Assembly (NCBI GenBank): GCA_977017575.1
Contig: CDRNVI010000009.1
Span: 1-64,000, forward strand
DNA from: Paramoeba atlantica
Taxonomy: Eukaryota > Protista > Discosea
Length of the DNA stretch: 64,000 bases
Reading direction: 5' to 3'
In this document: positions 22,532-34,275 of the stretch, piece after piece
How positions within the stretch are numbered: position 1 is the first letter of the stretch
Layout of the letters: every line of letters begins with the position of its first letter
Notes under the pieces: generated by a model
Told to the model about the DNA's origin: nothing
What the model saw: only the letters and a program-made list of their open reading frames with translations
Database searches by the model: none
Translations under genes and position numbers: made by a program

Positions 22532-23749
22532 AGCTATCGAAACATCCTCCCTCTTCCCCGCGATTCCATCACCGCCGAAAAATATCATCAACTAGTGTGT
22601 CATCTCCTCGGAAATAGCAATGAAACGCATGCGAAAGGAGTGACGATAGGAAGTACAAACTCTCCACTCGACAACACACCGCGTAGTTTATTCAGACTCA
22701 TATGATTGTATTTATTCAAACTCATAGAATTGTGAGCAGCAATTATTCAGTCCCAAGACATAACGTCGGTGGCTCCAGCCAACGCGCGGCGACAGCGATG
22801 CAGTGAGAAGATGTTCGGGACGCAAGATTCGCACAAGGCAATCTGTCAAGGCCACGTGATGGGACTGGGGTACGTCCCCTCCTGACACAAGTTACATTCA
22901 ACCGCTTGTTTACTTCCCTCCGTGTGCAGCAGTTCAATAAAATAATCTTTGCAGAAACTACCCCTCGTAACTTTAGTTTCGGGCATCAATTTTCGGGTTT
23001 AAAAATAAGAAAAATCGTACACAAATGAATTCGCCGTGTATTTATGGTGTGTTGGTGAGCTTCGGAGTGCTTAAAATGTGAAACAAAAAAATATAGTTTT
23101 TTATAGTTTTCAAAAAAAGTTTATAGTAACTATATAGTACTATATTGATAGTTTTATAGTTTCTGCGAACCCTGGAAAAAAATATGAAAGGGGGCTCTGA
23201 TGGTCCAAAACTGAAAAAAAAATTGAATAAAATGGGGGGTCCATGGGGGGGGTCCAGGGGGGTGGTCCAGGGGGGGGTCCAGGGGGGGGGGTCATGGTCG
23301 AGCAAATTTTTTCGAAAAAATTATGGGGGTTTCCCCCCAACTAACTTCTACAACTCCTATCCCTCTCTCTGTCTGTATTCGTTTATTCCGCAAGTACAAG
23401 GAGTCGCGTCCCGAGGTTTCAAAGGCAGAAAAGATAAATGTTATCCCCAGGGACGTGCGCACTATTCAGCATGACATGAGAATTCTTGCTGATTGTGTGT
23501 GGTTAAACATTCGCGAGACCATAGACGATCCATAGATATTTGGGCTTGCGATTGATGCTGGAATGGACTCCGTCCTGCACGAACACGTCTTGGTTGCTGT
23601 ATTTATGTGGGGTCGCACCGGCGGCTGACTCCACCAATGTGTCATCCAAAGTCCAGCGCCTTTAATGGGAAAGAGACAGCAGAAATATTTGTTTCTTCAG
23701 AAATATCTTCAAAGGACTAGAATAGGGGGGGTATGGGGGTCAAACTTAC

Positions 23750-24330
23750 ACACACACTTTTTTGTTCAAAATTGTTTTCGGTCATCCCAAAAATCCCTCC
23801 ATGCCCCCCTCCCTGGACCCCCCATGCCTCCATGCCCCCCCATAGACCCCCCTTTTCTTCAATTTTCTTTTTCGGTTTTTGTGTAACGGGGCCCCCTTTA
23901 ATTTTTTTTATTCTATTACTGTACCCCCCCCCCGTTTATAATAGCCTCGCTTTTGCCCAAACCTATAAGGGGGGAGGGCGATTAAAAGTTGGCACAGGAA
24001 TCGCCTTACATTTGTGAGCGAGGAACCAGTAATTATCCAATCGCTAAGTGGGCCCCGGCGCTCTGCCAAAGTAAAATGACCAGCACGACCCCTCGAAGAA
24101 CCATGTGAAAATAAATATCAAACTATTTAAGACGGCGCAAGAAAATTTAAAAAAATCTTCCTCGGTTTGCCCAAAAAAACCTATAAAGAGGGGGTGGGGG
24201 GGAGGGGTCGAGGCTATTATAAACAGGGGGGGGGGTACAGTATATTACAGTGTTCCTCTTTATATTTTCACTGTTTTTGTTCACTTTCTTTCAATAATCA
24301 AGGGTAGAGAGATAGTTATACAACCACCGC
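23750..24330 (-). mobile_element. Diverged inverted copy of repeat A, interrupted at 23919-24240
   Basis: Ends ...gatagttatacaaccaccgc, the reverse complement of the repeat A start. Confidence 0.65.
23919..24240. mobile_element. CTGT-terminated MITE with TA TSD
   Basis: ta|ctgtacccccccccc gtttataatagcctcg...cgaggctattataaacagggggggggtacag|ta. Empty repeat A copies read tctattatattac, so TA was duplicated. Confidence 0.85.
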
Positions 24331-24858
24331 GAATAGTACTATAAAGTAGTTTTTGTAGTTTTGCGGACCTCTGGCTGAAACGAAGGACGTGTGTTTTCAA
24401 TATCCCATTTCATTTGCTTACGTGATGTCAATTATTAATGAGAGGAGGAGTATTCTGAGAGTTCGGGATAGCTACGATTCTACGACATTTCGTTTTTCCA
24501 AGAGATATTCTTCCTACCCCCACTCTTTAAAAATGACCTGAATTCAAGGAAAAAATTGGTATTGTTTCGCCCCGAAATGCCGAGGGTTCCTCAGATTTTT
24601 GTTTCCTAGTCTCTTCGCTGAACGCGGAGGTAATTTTAAGCAGTGTAGATATAGCAGCGGTGACTTTTAAGAGGGCTGAAACCAGTAAAATGAAAACCCA
24701 GGCTAACCTAGGCAAACCCCAGGTAGTTTCAGTCCTCTAAGTTGCACCGTCTTTAACGAAGAGACCATAATATAAAAACGTGGAGAGTGAATTACGGTGT
24801 ACAATGCGTTGCCGGGAAGCAAAACCCCATATACAACTGATTGTAAATGCAACAATAG

Positions 24859-25569
24859 TCACAAGACTACGTTCTTCACAAGATCCATTACATTTCCACT
24901 CGGAACTCGAAAAGCTTTGTCTTTGAATGATCTGTCATTGATGTATAGAAACGGGTTACCATCCAAACTCAGGTGATTCATTCCTTTGGGAAGAGAACTC
25001 AAGCTCACATGACCACGAAACCGATTATTACTTAGAAAAAGTGAACTCAATGAGGAGGGCAGGTTTGTTAAATCTAGCGGTCCACTGAATTGATTGTTTA
25101 TCAAGTTAAGTGAAGAAAGATTTTGAGGCAACTTGGTGAGACAGATCTCTCCGGAAAAATTGTTGTTGCTTAAGACCATATAGGCCATAGTGTCTGGAAG
25201 CGCAGTGAAGTCAGCCTTACCTCGAAAAAAATTATTGTCCATGCAGGTATTAAAAAGTTTCGGTGGCAGCTCCGTAAAAGGTACTTTACTTTTCATTTCA
25301 TTGCTATTAAGATTTAATGTAACCACAGTATGAGGAAGAAATTCCCACTGAAGACTTCCTGAAAGGCGGAATCGATACCATTTGATTCCAATGACATGGC
25401 CTTCCTCATCGCATGTGATTCCACTCCATTTACATCCGGGATTGTCTATACTCCATGAGGGCCGATGACGTTCCACGATGAGGTTTTCAATGAGATGCGC
25501 AAGTTGATATTCTGGAGGCGGCAAGTTCCCTCGCACCTTTGCAGCCTTCAACGGAATACTCGTGTTCAT
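24859..25569 (-). CDS. LRR-only family protein, copy 4 (type A)
   Basis: 236-aa ORF, KAAKVRGNLPPPEYQL cap, LRRs. Confidence 0.9.
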   Translation of the reverse strand: MNTSIPLKAAKVRGNLPPPEYQLAHLIENLIVERHRPSWSIDNPGCKWSGITCDEEGHVIGIKWYRFRLSGSLQWEFLPHTVVTLNLNSNEMKSKVPFTELPPKLFNTCMDNNFFRGKADFTALPDTMAYMVLSNNNFSGEICLTKLPQNLSSLNLINNQFSGPLDLTNLPSSLSSLFLSNNRFRGHVSLSSLPKGMNHLSLDGNPFLYINDRSFKDKAFRVPSGNVMDLVKNVVL

Positions 25570-26137
25570 TTTTTTGAATACGTGGTTGTAGAAAATAAAT
25601 AGAAACTTTTATATTAAGTAACGCGTTTGGTATAATGCAGTGATTCGCTTCATGGCGGAAGTCACATTACCACTTGTTGTAAAGAAATCTATTTTAGGAC
25701 GAATAAAAGCTGGACGAAAGTCTTGCCGATTCAGAATGATTAGGTCCAAAAATGGTGACACGTAAAATATTTCCAAAGTAAAGACCTATAGGGGGGGGCT
25801 ACACATTGATAGCGCGGTATATTAGGAGAGTATCACGAAGTGCTCTGTCTTCCAATATGCTATTCTTTGGTTGCAAATTTAAAAATATTTATAAAACGTT
25901 ACAAAATATTCATTACATTCATTACTGGTATTACAGATTACAAATTACAAAATATTCTTTAGTGATAGTGTTTCTCCGGTGGTATTCTCATCGGTTTAAA
26001 AAAAGTGCCCAACTTCAACCATTCAGCCACCACCGGTCATATTTAGCCCAAACGAGTCCTTGAACAGACTTAAAATTAGTTCCCGAGACTTTTGTGGGTC
26101 CAAGTATAATCGTTAAAGTCTACACTAATGAACACAA

Positions 26138-26848
26138 TTACGGAATTACCTTCTTCACAAGATCCATTACATTTCCTCCCGGAACTTGAGAGGTTTCGTC
26201 CTTGAATGCACTGTCTTTAATGTACAGAGACGGGTTACCGTTCAAAAACAGACGACTCAGTCCTTTGGGGACAGAACTCAAGCTCACATGACCACGAAAA
26301 CGATTGCTATGTAGAAAAAGTGAATTCATTGAGGAGGGAAGGTTTGTGAGATCCAACGTCCCACTGAATTGATTTCTTGCCAAGTTAAAAAAATAAAGAG
26401 TTTGAGGCAACTTGGTGAGACAGATCTCTCCGGAAAAATTGTTGTCACTTAAGACCACATAGCCTACTGTATCTGGAAGCGCAGTGAAGTCAGCTTGGCC
26501 ATAAAAAAAATTACCATCCATGCAGAGAGTAGTAAGTTTAGGTGGCAGCTCCGTAAAAGGCACCTTACCTACGAGTTTATTGCTATTGAGATTTAAAGTA
26601 ACCACAGTATGAGGAAGAAATTCCCACTGAAGATCCCCTGAAAGGCGGAATAGATACCATTTGATTCCAATGACATGGCCTTCCTCATCGCATGTGATTC
26701 CACTCCATTTACATCCGGGATTGTCTATACTCCATGAGGGCCGATGACGTTCCACGATGAGGTTTTCAGTGAGATGCGCAAGTTGATATTCTGGAGGCGG
26801 CAAGTTCCCTCGCACCTTTGCAGCCTTCAACGGAATACTCGTGTTCAT
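26138..26848 (-). CDS. LRR-only family protein, copy 5 (A N-terminus / B C-terminus mosaic)
   Basis: N-terminus and upstream DNA match copy 4; C-terminus and downstream DNA match copy 7. Confidence 0.9.
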   Translation of the reverse strand: MNTSIPLKAAKVRGNLPPPEYQLAHLTENLIVERHRPSWSIDNPGCKWSGITCDEEGHVIGIKWYLFRLSGDLQWEFLPHTVVTLNLNSNKLVGKVPFTELPPKLTTLCMDGNFFYGQADFTALPDTVGYVVLSDNNFSGEICLTKLPQTLYFFNLARNQFSGTLDLTNLPSSMNSLFLHSNRFRGHVSLSSVPKGLSRLFLNGNPSLYIKDSAFKDETSQVPGGNVMDLVKKVIP

Positions 26849-27226
26849 TTTTCTCGAATACGTGGTTGTAGAAAATAAATAGAAACTTTGATATTAAGTA
26901 ACGCGTTCGGTATAATGCAGTGATTCGCTTCATGGCGGAAGCCACATTACTGTACCCGGGTACAGTTATTATTGTCAAAAGTTTTGACAATAATATGATG
27001 ATTTGGCAATAATAACGTGATTTGGAAATAATAGGAAGCTTTGCATCATATTATTGTCAAAAGTAGAGGAAGCCCACCATTTTTAAAGTATTTTTAAGTA
27101 AAACCTAGAAAGCACAGTATCAATGATCAATGGGGAAAGCAGTTTCGAATTCAGAAAAGCCCAGAATCTTTTTTTTCTCGATTAAGAATGAATTAATAAG
27201 GCTTTAGCAAGCATAGGCATAGAGAT

Positions 27227-28420
27227 CTAAGGCTGTCGGAATTTTATAAAGTCTGTCATTTTAAATTGCTTTTTTTCAGAAGAAAGTTTTGGTTTTGATG
27301 ATTTCAATATTTCCAGCAAGCTTCGTTGGCAAGCTAATTCCTTCCTTTCTTTCGTCAAGTTGGCATCCGGCGGGCCTTCAGTAAGGGAAATAAATTTATA
27401 GTCTTTACCCTCGCTGGAGGAAGTAGAATCTATTTCATGAGTAAGAGACTCTCCGTCCGAAGAAAAGGCCAAAGCATCGTCATGCGCAACAACACCAGTA
27501 CCAAACTCACTCTTTTCTACGCGAAATCGTTCGAGTTGAAGAAGAAAAAGGTGTTCCGAACAATCTGGAATATGAATGTCCTCCGAATCGGTGATCGACG
27601 ACATGCTGGAGTAAATCAAAAAACTGCCCAAAAATCACCGATGAAATAATAATAAAATGACGATAATAACGTGATTTGACAATAATAAAGGACAATGGAA
27701 CCCATGCAGACCGCCACTGCGAGCCAGTGCCAAACGCTGCCAGCCAGTACCAAATGCTGCCAGCCACTGCGAGCCAAAAACGTCCTCTGAGGGCCTTTCT
27801 CCTGAGGCCAAACCATCTGGTTACCCGAACATTTAGTCCATGTCTTGAAGGTACGCTTCAAGGTCGGCGGTTGCCTCTCCAAGGGAGTACGCGCTACGGG
27901 GGCGGACGCTCAGAAGCAGATGGCCCCGGAGGTCAACCAAATGGAACAGGACGCGAGTCACGATGCATGAGGTCAATTCAATGCCACACACAGAGCGCGC
28001 AACATGTAGGAAGTTGTCCATCGTGCATGAAACGCGCCCTGCGATTTCCACTTTACTACTGAGCTCCGCATTGCTTATCTCCAAACGTGGCTCGGAGAAA
28101 ACGTCGGGCCTTTGTAAAGACCCGGGCTGTCGAAGCCTTGATGACGTTGAAGAGTTTGTCTTCGGCACTTGTCTCAGGCCCAAGAGCCAAAAAATCCGAA
28201 TCATTCCGGATTGCTCCAGATGGTCACTGGCAAGTCAGACCCTTCACAGACAGATTTGGAAGTTCCGAGGCCGACTTCCTCTACCAGTTTCCGCTTGTCC
28301 AAGGTGGCACCAACGTGCTGTTACCAACACGCTGCGTTGACGAATTGTACGTCAACACGGCTCATCCAAGAGGTGTAAGCCGGCCCAAGAGCAGTCAATC
28401 GCTCTTGCAATGCGTCATTG
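27227..28420 (-). pseudogene. Possible degenerate pogo-like transposase
   Basis: Weak motifs VLFHLVDLRGH, YLQDMD.MFG and C-terminal KKQFKMTDF; ta|cagttattattgtc at 26961 resembles a pogo end. Many stops. Confidence 0.3.
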
Positions 28421-28821
28421 CTCTCGGTAGACATAAACATTTAGGAGAAAAGTTTACGGGAAAAGAAGAATGTACTGTTGTTAGTAAAAAGGAATAAATT
28501 GATTCAGAGAAAGAAACAAAGAATAATATAGCTAGAAGCGTACACCGAATCGGAAATTCCACATAAAAATAATAAACAAATGTAAACTTTTGCCAGTTTT
28601 GTATCTTTTCCCACCGAAAATACAAACCGCGGTCTCGGTCGAAGTACCCGCAGCCCCTCAACTACCGCGTTTAACGAAGACCCTTAAAAAGAGAATTAAT
28701 TTCTATACGTCATTCTTCTTAACTTTGTGTCATACGCTGCCATATACTAGTAGATTACGGTGTACAATGCGTTGCCGGGAAGCAAAACCCCACATACAAC
28801 TGATTGTAAATGCAACAATAG

Positions 28822-30227
28822 TCACAAGACTACTTTCTTCACAAGATCCATTACATTTCTATTCGGAACTCGAAAAGCTTTGTCTTTGAATGATCTGTCA
28901 TTGATGTACAGAAACGGGTTACCATCCAAACTCAGGTGATTCATTCGTTTGGGAAGAGAACTCAAGCTCGCATGACCACGAAACCGATTATTACTTAGAA
29001 AAAGTGAACTCAATGAGGAGGGCAGGCTTGTGAAATCTAGCGGTCCACTGAATTGATTGTTTATCAAGTAAAGTGGAGAAAGATTTTGAGGCAACTTGGT
29101 GAGACAGATCACTCCGGAAAAATTGTTGTTACTTAAGACCATATAGGCCATAGTGTCTGGAAGCGCAGTAAAGTCAGCCTCACCTCGAAAAAAATTATGG
29201 GTACAGACCACTTATATTGCACCCACTTTCAAAATAATGCTATGAATGCATTGAAATGTTTTCTTGCGCAGCTTAACTTTACACACTTTATCTCACTTCC
29301 TCCTTCCGCCTATTTTACGTCAAAAAAATATTGCAGTATGCTTAAAGTTGGCCACTTTACACGTCAAATGCCCATGCACAGATAAAATGCTTGTGGGCAG
29401 ATAAACTGCCAATGGACAGATAAAATGCCACAAAAAAAAGCTTGGCGTCAGTGCCACACGACAGGCGGGGAAGACCGCTAGGAGGTCCCATGTTGGACCA
29501 TGTTGCCCCATGTTAGGGCTGCGGGAAATATTGAGAAGACTCCTAGTTATTTATATTATATTACCTGTTATATTACCTATTTATATTACCTGTCTGGAGG
29601 TAAGGCCCAACTTTGAGCGTAGCCCACGTCTGTGAGCAAAGCCCAACTGTGGGCGTAGCCCTGAGACAGAATTATATTTTAGCTCCCCTGCACACAGAAG
29701 CGAGCGGGGGCGCGTACTAAGAACCAACGTTTGTCCCTTCCGCAGGCTTGTGTACTTGTTTTCCTATGTTGTGTGACCGGGCGTGTGATCCAGTAGCCTT
29801 TTAGGATATGCTGTCCATTTCAACTCTGTGGCACAGTTTGACCCAAAAAATAGAAAAGTGGGTGCAATATAAGTGGGCATTACCCAAAATTATTACCCAT
29901 GCAGGTATTAAAAAGTTTCGGTGGCAGCTCCGTAAAAGGCACCTTTCCTTCGAGTTTATTGCTATTGAGATTTAAAGTAACCACAGTATGAGGAAGAAAT
30001 TCCCACTGAAGACTTCCTGAAAGGCGGAATAGATTCCAATTGATTCCAATAACATGGCTTTCCTCATCGCATGTGATTCCACTCCATTTACAAGCGAGAT
30101 TGTCTATACTCCATGAGAGCCGATGACGTTCCACGATGAGGTTTTCAATGAGATGCGCAAGTTGATATTCTGGAGGCGGCAAGTTCCCTCGCACCTTTGC
30201 AGCCTTCAACGGAATACTCGTGTTCAT
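28822..30227 (-). pseudogene. LRR-only family copy 6 (type A) split by a 687-bp MITE
   Basis: N-half 29886-30227 and C-half 28822-29198 rejoin into a copy-4-like gene when the insert and one TSD are removed. Confidence 0.9.
29199..29885. mobile_element. GGGTA-terminated MITE with 8-bp TSD (Merlin- or hAT-type)
   Basis: TIR gggtacagaccacttatattgcacccactttc / gaaaagtgggtgcaatataagtgggcattaccc; TSD aaaattat at 29191-98 and 29886-93. Confidence 0.9.
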
Positions 30228-30794
30228 TTTTTTGAATACGTGGTTGTAGAAAATAAATAGAAACTTTGATATTAAGTAACGCGTTTGGTATAATGCAGTG
30301 ATTCGCTTCATGGCGGAAGTCACATTACCACTTGTTGTAAAGAAATCTATTTTAGGACGAATAAAAGCTGGACGAAAGTCTTGCCGATTCAGAATGATTA
30401 GGTCCAAAAATGGTGACACGTAAAATATTTCCAAAGTAAAGACCTATAGGGGGGGCTACACATTGATAACGCGGTATATTAGGAGAGTATCACGAAGTGC
30501 TCTGTCTTCCAATATGCTATTCTTTGGTTGCAAATTTAAAAATATTTATAAAAAGTTACAAAATATTCATTACATTCATTACTGGTATTACAGATTACAA
30601 ATTACAAAATATTCTTTAGTGATAGTGTTTCTCCGGTGGTATTCTCATCGGTTTAAAAAAAGTGCCCAACTTCAACCATTCAGCCACCACCGGTCATATT
30701 TAGCCCAAACGAGTCCTTGAACAGACTTAAAATTAGTTCCCGAGACTTTTGTGGGTCCAAGTATAATCGTTAAAGTCTACACTAATGAACACAA

Positions 30795-31505
30795 TTACGG
30801 AATTACCTTCTTCACAAGATCCATTACATTTCCTCCCGGAACTTGAGAGGTTTCGTCCTTGAATGCACTGTCTTTAATGTACAGAGACGGGTTACCGTTC
30901 AAAAACAGACGACTCAGTCCTTTGGGGAGAGAACTCAAGCTGACATGACCATGAAAACGATTGTTATTTAGAAAAAGTGAATTCATTGAGGAGGGAAGGT
31001 TTGTTAGATCCAACGGCCCACTGAATCGATTTCTTGCCAAGTTGAAAAAAAAGAGAGTTTGAGGCAACTTGGTGAGACAGATCTCTTCGGAAAAATTGTT
31101 GTCACTCAAGACCATGTAGCCCATAGTATCTGGAAGCGCAGTGAAGTCAGCTTCGCTATAAAAAAAATTACCATCCATGCAGAGAGTAGTAAGTTTAGGT
31201 GGCAGCTCCGTAAAAGGCACCTTTCCTTCGAGTTTATTGCTATTGAGATTGAACATAGCCAGAGTATGAGGAAGAAATTCCCACTGAAGATCCCCTGAAA
31301 GGCGGTATTCATCCCATTCGATTTTAATAACGTGTCCTTCCTCATCGCATGTGATTCCACTCCATTTACAAGCTGGATTGTCCATACTCCATGAGGGCCG
31401 ATGACGGTACATGAAGAAGTTTTCAATGAGATGCGCAAGTTGATATTCTGGAGGCGGCAAGTTTCCTTGCACCTTTGCAGCCTTCAGTGGAACGCTCGTG
31501 TTCAT
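30795..31505 (-). CDS. LRR-only family protein, copy 7 (type B)
   Basis: MNTSVPLKAAKVQGNLPPPEYQL; 711 bp, the same length as copies 4 and 5. Confidence 0.9.
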   Translation of the reverse strand: MNTSVPLKAAKVQGNLPPPEYQLAHLIENFFMYRHRPSWSMDNPACKWSGITCDEEGHVIKIEWDEYRLSGDLQWEFLPHTLAMFNLNSNKLEGKVPFTELPPKLTTLCMDGNFFYSEADFTALPDTMGYMVLSDNNFSEEICLTKLPQTLFFFNLARNRFSGPLDLTNLPSSMNSLFLNNNRFHGHVSLSSLPKGLSRLFLNGNPSLYIKDSAFKDETSQVPGGNVMDLVKKVIP

Positions 31506-31871
31506 TCTTTGGATCAGAAAATAAAATAAAAGAATGGGTGAAACTGAAGCAAATTTCATTTGTTTTTCTATTTTTTTCAATCAAATTTTCTGATTGTAGA
31601 AAATACATCTCGAAATATTTTACTTGTACATTTTTTGTATTTCTCGCTATTCATTTCGTCATTTTCAGTTGCTTGGTCTATCTTTCCTTTAGTTAGATAT
31701 ATTTCCCTTAGTTAGATATATTTCTTCCCCGAAACAATTGGCGTTCCACTCGCATTTATGTGTCATGATTGTTGGAGTCACCCGCTATAGGTCATAGTTT
31801 TCTGGCCTCATCCTATGCAATTTATGGTAACTTGTGACTACCCCAGAGATAAGCGCATTTAATATTTTTAA

Positions 31872-33863
31872 TTAGCGGACACCCGCCTTCCTCCACTCTT
31901 TTACCGCGGAGGATAGTATCGCGGCGTTGCCTTTTTGAATAGCCACATTAATGGCTTGTAGTGCATGACGCAGGAAACCTTTCCTGTCATACGTATGCCT
32001 TGCGATCTCCTTTAGGAGGAGTACGGTGCGCTTCCCTGCCACACCAAAAACGGTAAATGCAAGGGGGTAGAAATGCATACCCCTTTTCGTGTCACTGTGC
32101 GCTTTTGCTTTCAAGCTTTCCACCCTTTCTAGAGTGTTGCCAGGCGCTACCCATTCGGCCTTAACATAAGAAGGGGCGAGGGGGTTAACGACGGTCACGT
32201 CCACCAGACATATCTTCCCTCCCAGCATAAAGCAGACGTCGGGGCCCTGACCAGCAGAGAATCGGGGTTCATGATTGTCAGGAGTGAATCCGTACTGTCG
32301 TAGCAAGTGCACGAAGGCATTCTTAACAAGTTTGTGGCGAGTGGCCGCAGTGTCGCCTTTGACTTTATTGCAGTCAAGGGCGTGCACAACAAAATCTTTG
32401 TTTGAGAGGATGTCTCCGCGCTCACATTGTGCGAAAGGATCCGAAGTAGGTGCTATCAAGTATCGCATGCGCATGGCTGTTTGCCATTCTGCGTCGCGCA
32501 TGAAGTACTCACCCCGATTCCTACGCGCCTCTGTCCAATTGCGCGTTCTCTTGTCCATCAACTGAAGTGAATGGACGTCATGTAGTTCGCTGGTTTCTTT
32601 ACGCACTGCTGACTTCGATTCTTCATATCTTGTCAAGGCAGAACGTCGTCTTTCCATACACCCTAATACCTCAGCTTTTGTGCGAGAATACAGAGTTGCC
32701 GCTTGCTGCGCAAAAGGTTTCGCCCCCAAAAGGTCGCCCGTCATGAGAGTACTGTGAAACGGGTTCTTTTCCAGGTCTTCGAAGCCTCCTAGCAGCTCTG
32801 AGGCACACTCCTGTATGGCCTTGTCCGCTAACACGTTGGCTTTTGCCGTTACCTCCGGCTCATGACACCGCATTAGGTAGTTCCACCGGGGGACTCCACA
32901 TCTCTTCAGCAAAATGTAAGCACTTTGTAACGAAAGATGTTGCAGCCGCTCCAGGAATGTCTGCAATTTAGGCATTTGGTTGACTACCCATCTGGTTTCA
33001 TCCGCGCCTTCCTTGGAGACGAATGCACCTAGGAGCTTTTGTCCTTGCTCCGCATGCTCTATGTTCATACCTCTGAAAGGAGCGTACTGGTCATTGAAAT
33101 GCGTCGAAAGCTTACATTTGGCCGGATATACCTCCAGTCCTATTCCCGAAGCGTGATCACAGAGAGCGCCAAACGCCTGTGCGACACGTTCTGCCGGGCC
33201 GATGATTGAAAGGTCGTCTAGGTAAGCCCAAAGCGTCAGATCACTGAACTCATCCTTCAATTTTCCAAGAATTTGGTGCAAGCCGAGAGAAAACAGTAAC
33301 GGTCCTAATGGGTCGCCTTGTCGGACTCCCCTCAGAACCTTAGTCGGCGAACACGAGGAGTTAAATATCGTAGTTGGAGCCCCATATACATATGAGGTCA
33401 CCCCGTATAGCTCGTGAAATTCATCATTTCCCCTTAGATACTGAAACACCGCGTTTCTTTCAATTGAATTGAAGGCGTTACGGATGTCTACTGTCAAGAG
33501 CACAAAGTCCGCTTTTTGACGAAACGCGTTTCTTGCCCTTAATATTATTTTAGGTCCTCCGTTTCTTGTTCCAACACCAAATTGTGTATCTTGGAAAAGT
33601 CTGCCCGTTGCTTCTGCTACCCTGTCCATGGCGATTTGGCTAGCCAATTTAAGAAAGATTTCCCCCATTGCTATAGGTCGGCAGGCTGGGGATCCTTCTA
33701 CGGAAGGGCCCTCCTTGCGCAGCAAGATCAGAGTGGAGCTGGTTAAGACGTCCCTTAGCTGAGCGTCTCGGGAGTTTCGCAGCACTGCTGTAGCTATCCA
33801 AGTAACGCAGGCCACGATATCCTGGTCCTCTAGGAGCGGTATATTGGCGTTTCGTTGTTTCAA
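31872..33863 (-). mobile_element. 5'-truncated CRE-clade non-LTR retrotransposon (RT plus restriction-like endonuclease)
   Basis: RPIAMGEIFLKLA, GVRQGDPLGPLLF, WAYLDD; then CERG...HALDC, RHKLV, HEP, GPD, VDVTVVNP, PLAFTVFG, AIQKGNA. Open for 663 codons but no ATG start; begins inside the RT. Confidence 0.9.
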
Positions 33864-34275
33864 CTAGATTTTCATTTCGAGGTAGTTTTCAACGCAAAAT
33901 GCGCAGCAGTAGCGTGAATATTTGAAAAACTTACTGAGTATTGGAGAGTATCCAAACGATCTAAAAATAAGAACCTGACAAAAATACGGGTGCCGTCACA
34001 CCCCTCACTTCGCTTGCCAGAAAGGCAGAAAATTTACAGGTAGAAAAAGAGGAGAAGTCACCCTGCAGGATAAGCCGCGTAATACCTCATCACCCCGTAT
34101 ACGTAAAATATTTCTTCACTAAAGACCACCGAAAATTGGGTTTGAAAAGTAAATTGTCTCACAATACTCTTCCCACCCGTTGTGCTCTTTTTCGAAAATA
34201 TCGTTTAGTCTTGCTGGGTGAGAGCACCCGTCAAGGCACTGTTGTATACGCAGCAAAAAGAAGAAGCTAAATAAA

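Larger units (their letters stand above)
20543..23174. mobile_element. Non-autonomous hAT-type element, 20-bp TIRs, 8-bp TSD, inserted in repeat A
   Basis: TIR cagggttcgcagaaactata / tatagtttctgcgaaccctg; TSD gaaaaaaa at 20535-20542 and 23175-23182. Removing it restores the repeat A text agaagaaaaaaatatgaaagggggctc. Confidence 0.85.
24791..31505 (-). repeat. Segmental duplication of a two-LRR-gene unit (24791-26850 and 28754-31505)
   Basis: Near-identical intergenic and coding text, e.g. attacggtgtacaatgcgttgccgggaagc at 24791 and 28754, and the spacer at ~25570-26137 versus ~30228-30794. Confidence 0.9.

Noticed and set aside
31680-31730. Duplicated AACTAA-containing 21-mer downstream of the CRE element as a spliced-leader target
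   Set aside because: Only 6 nt match the SL start and no CAGTTTCTGTACT core follows.
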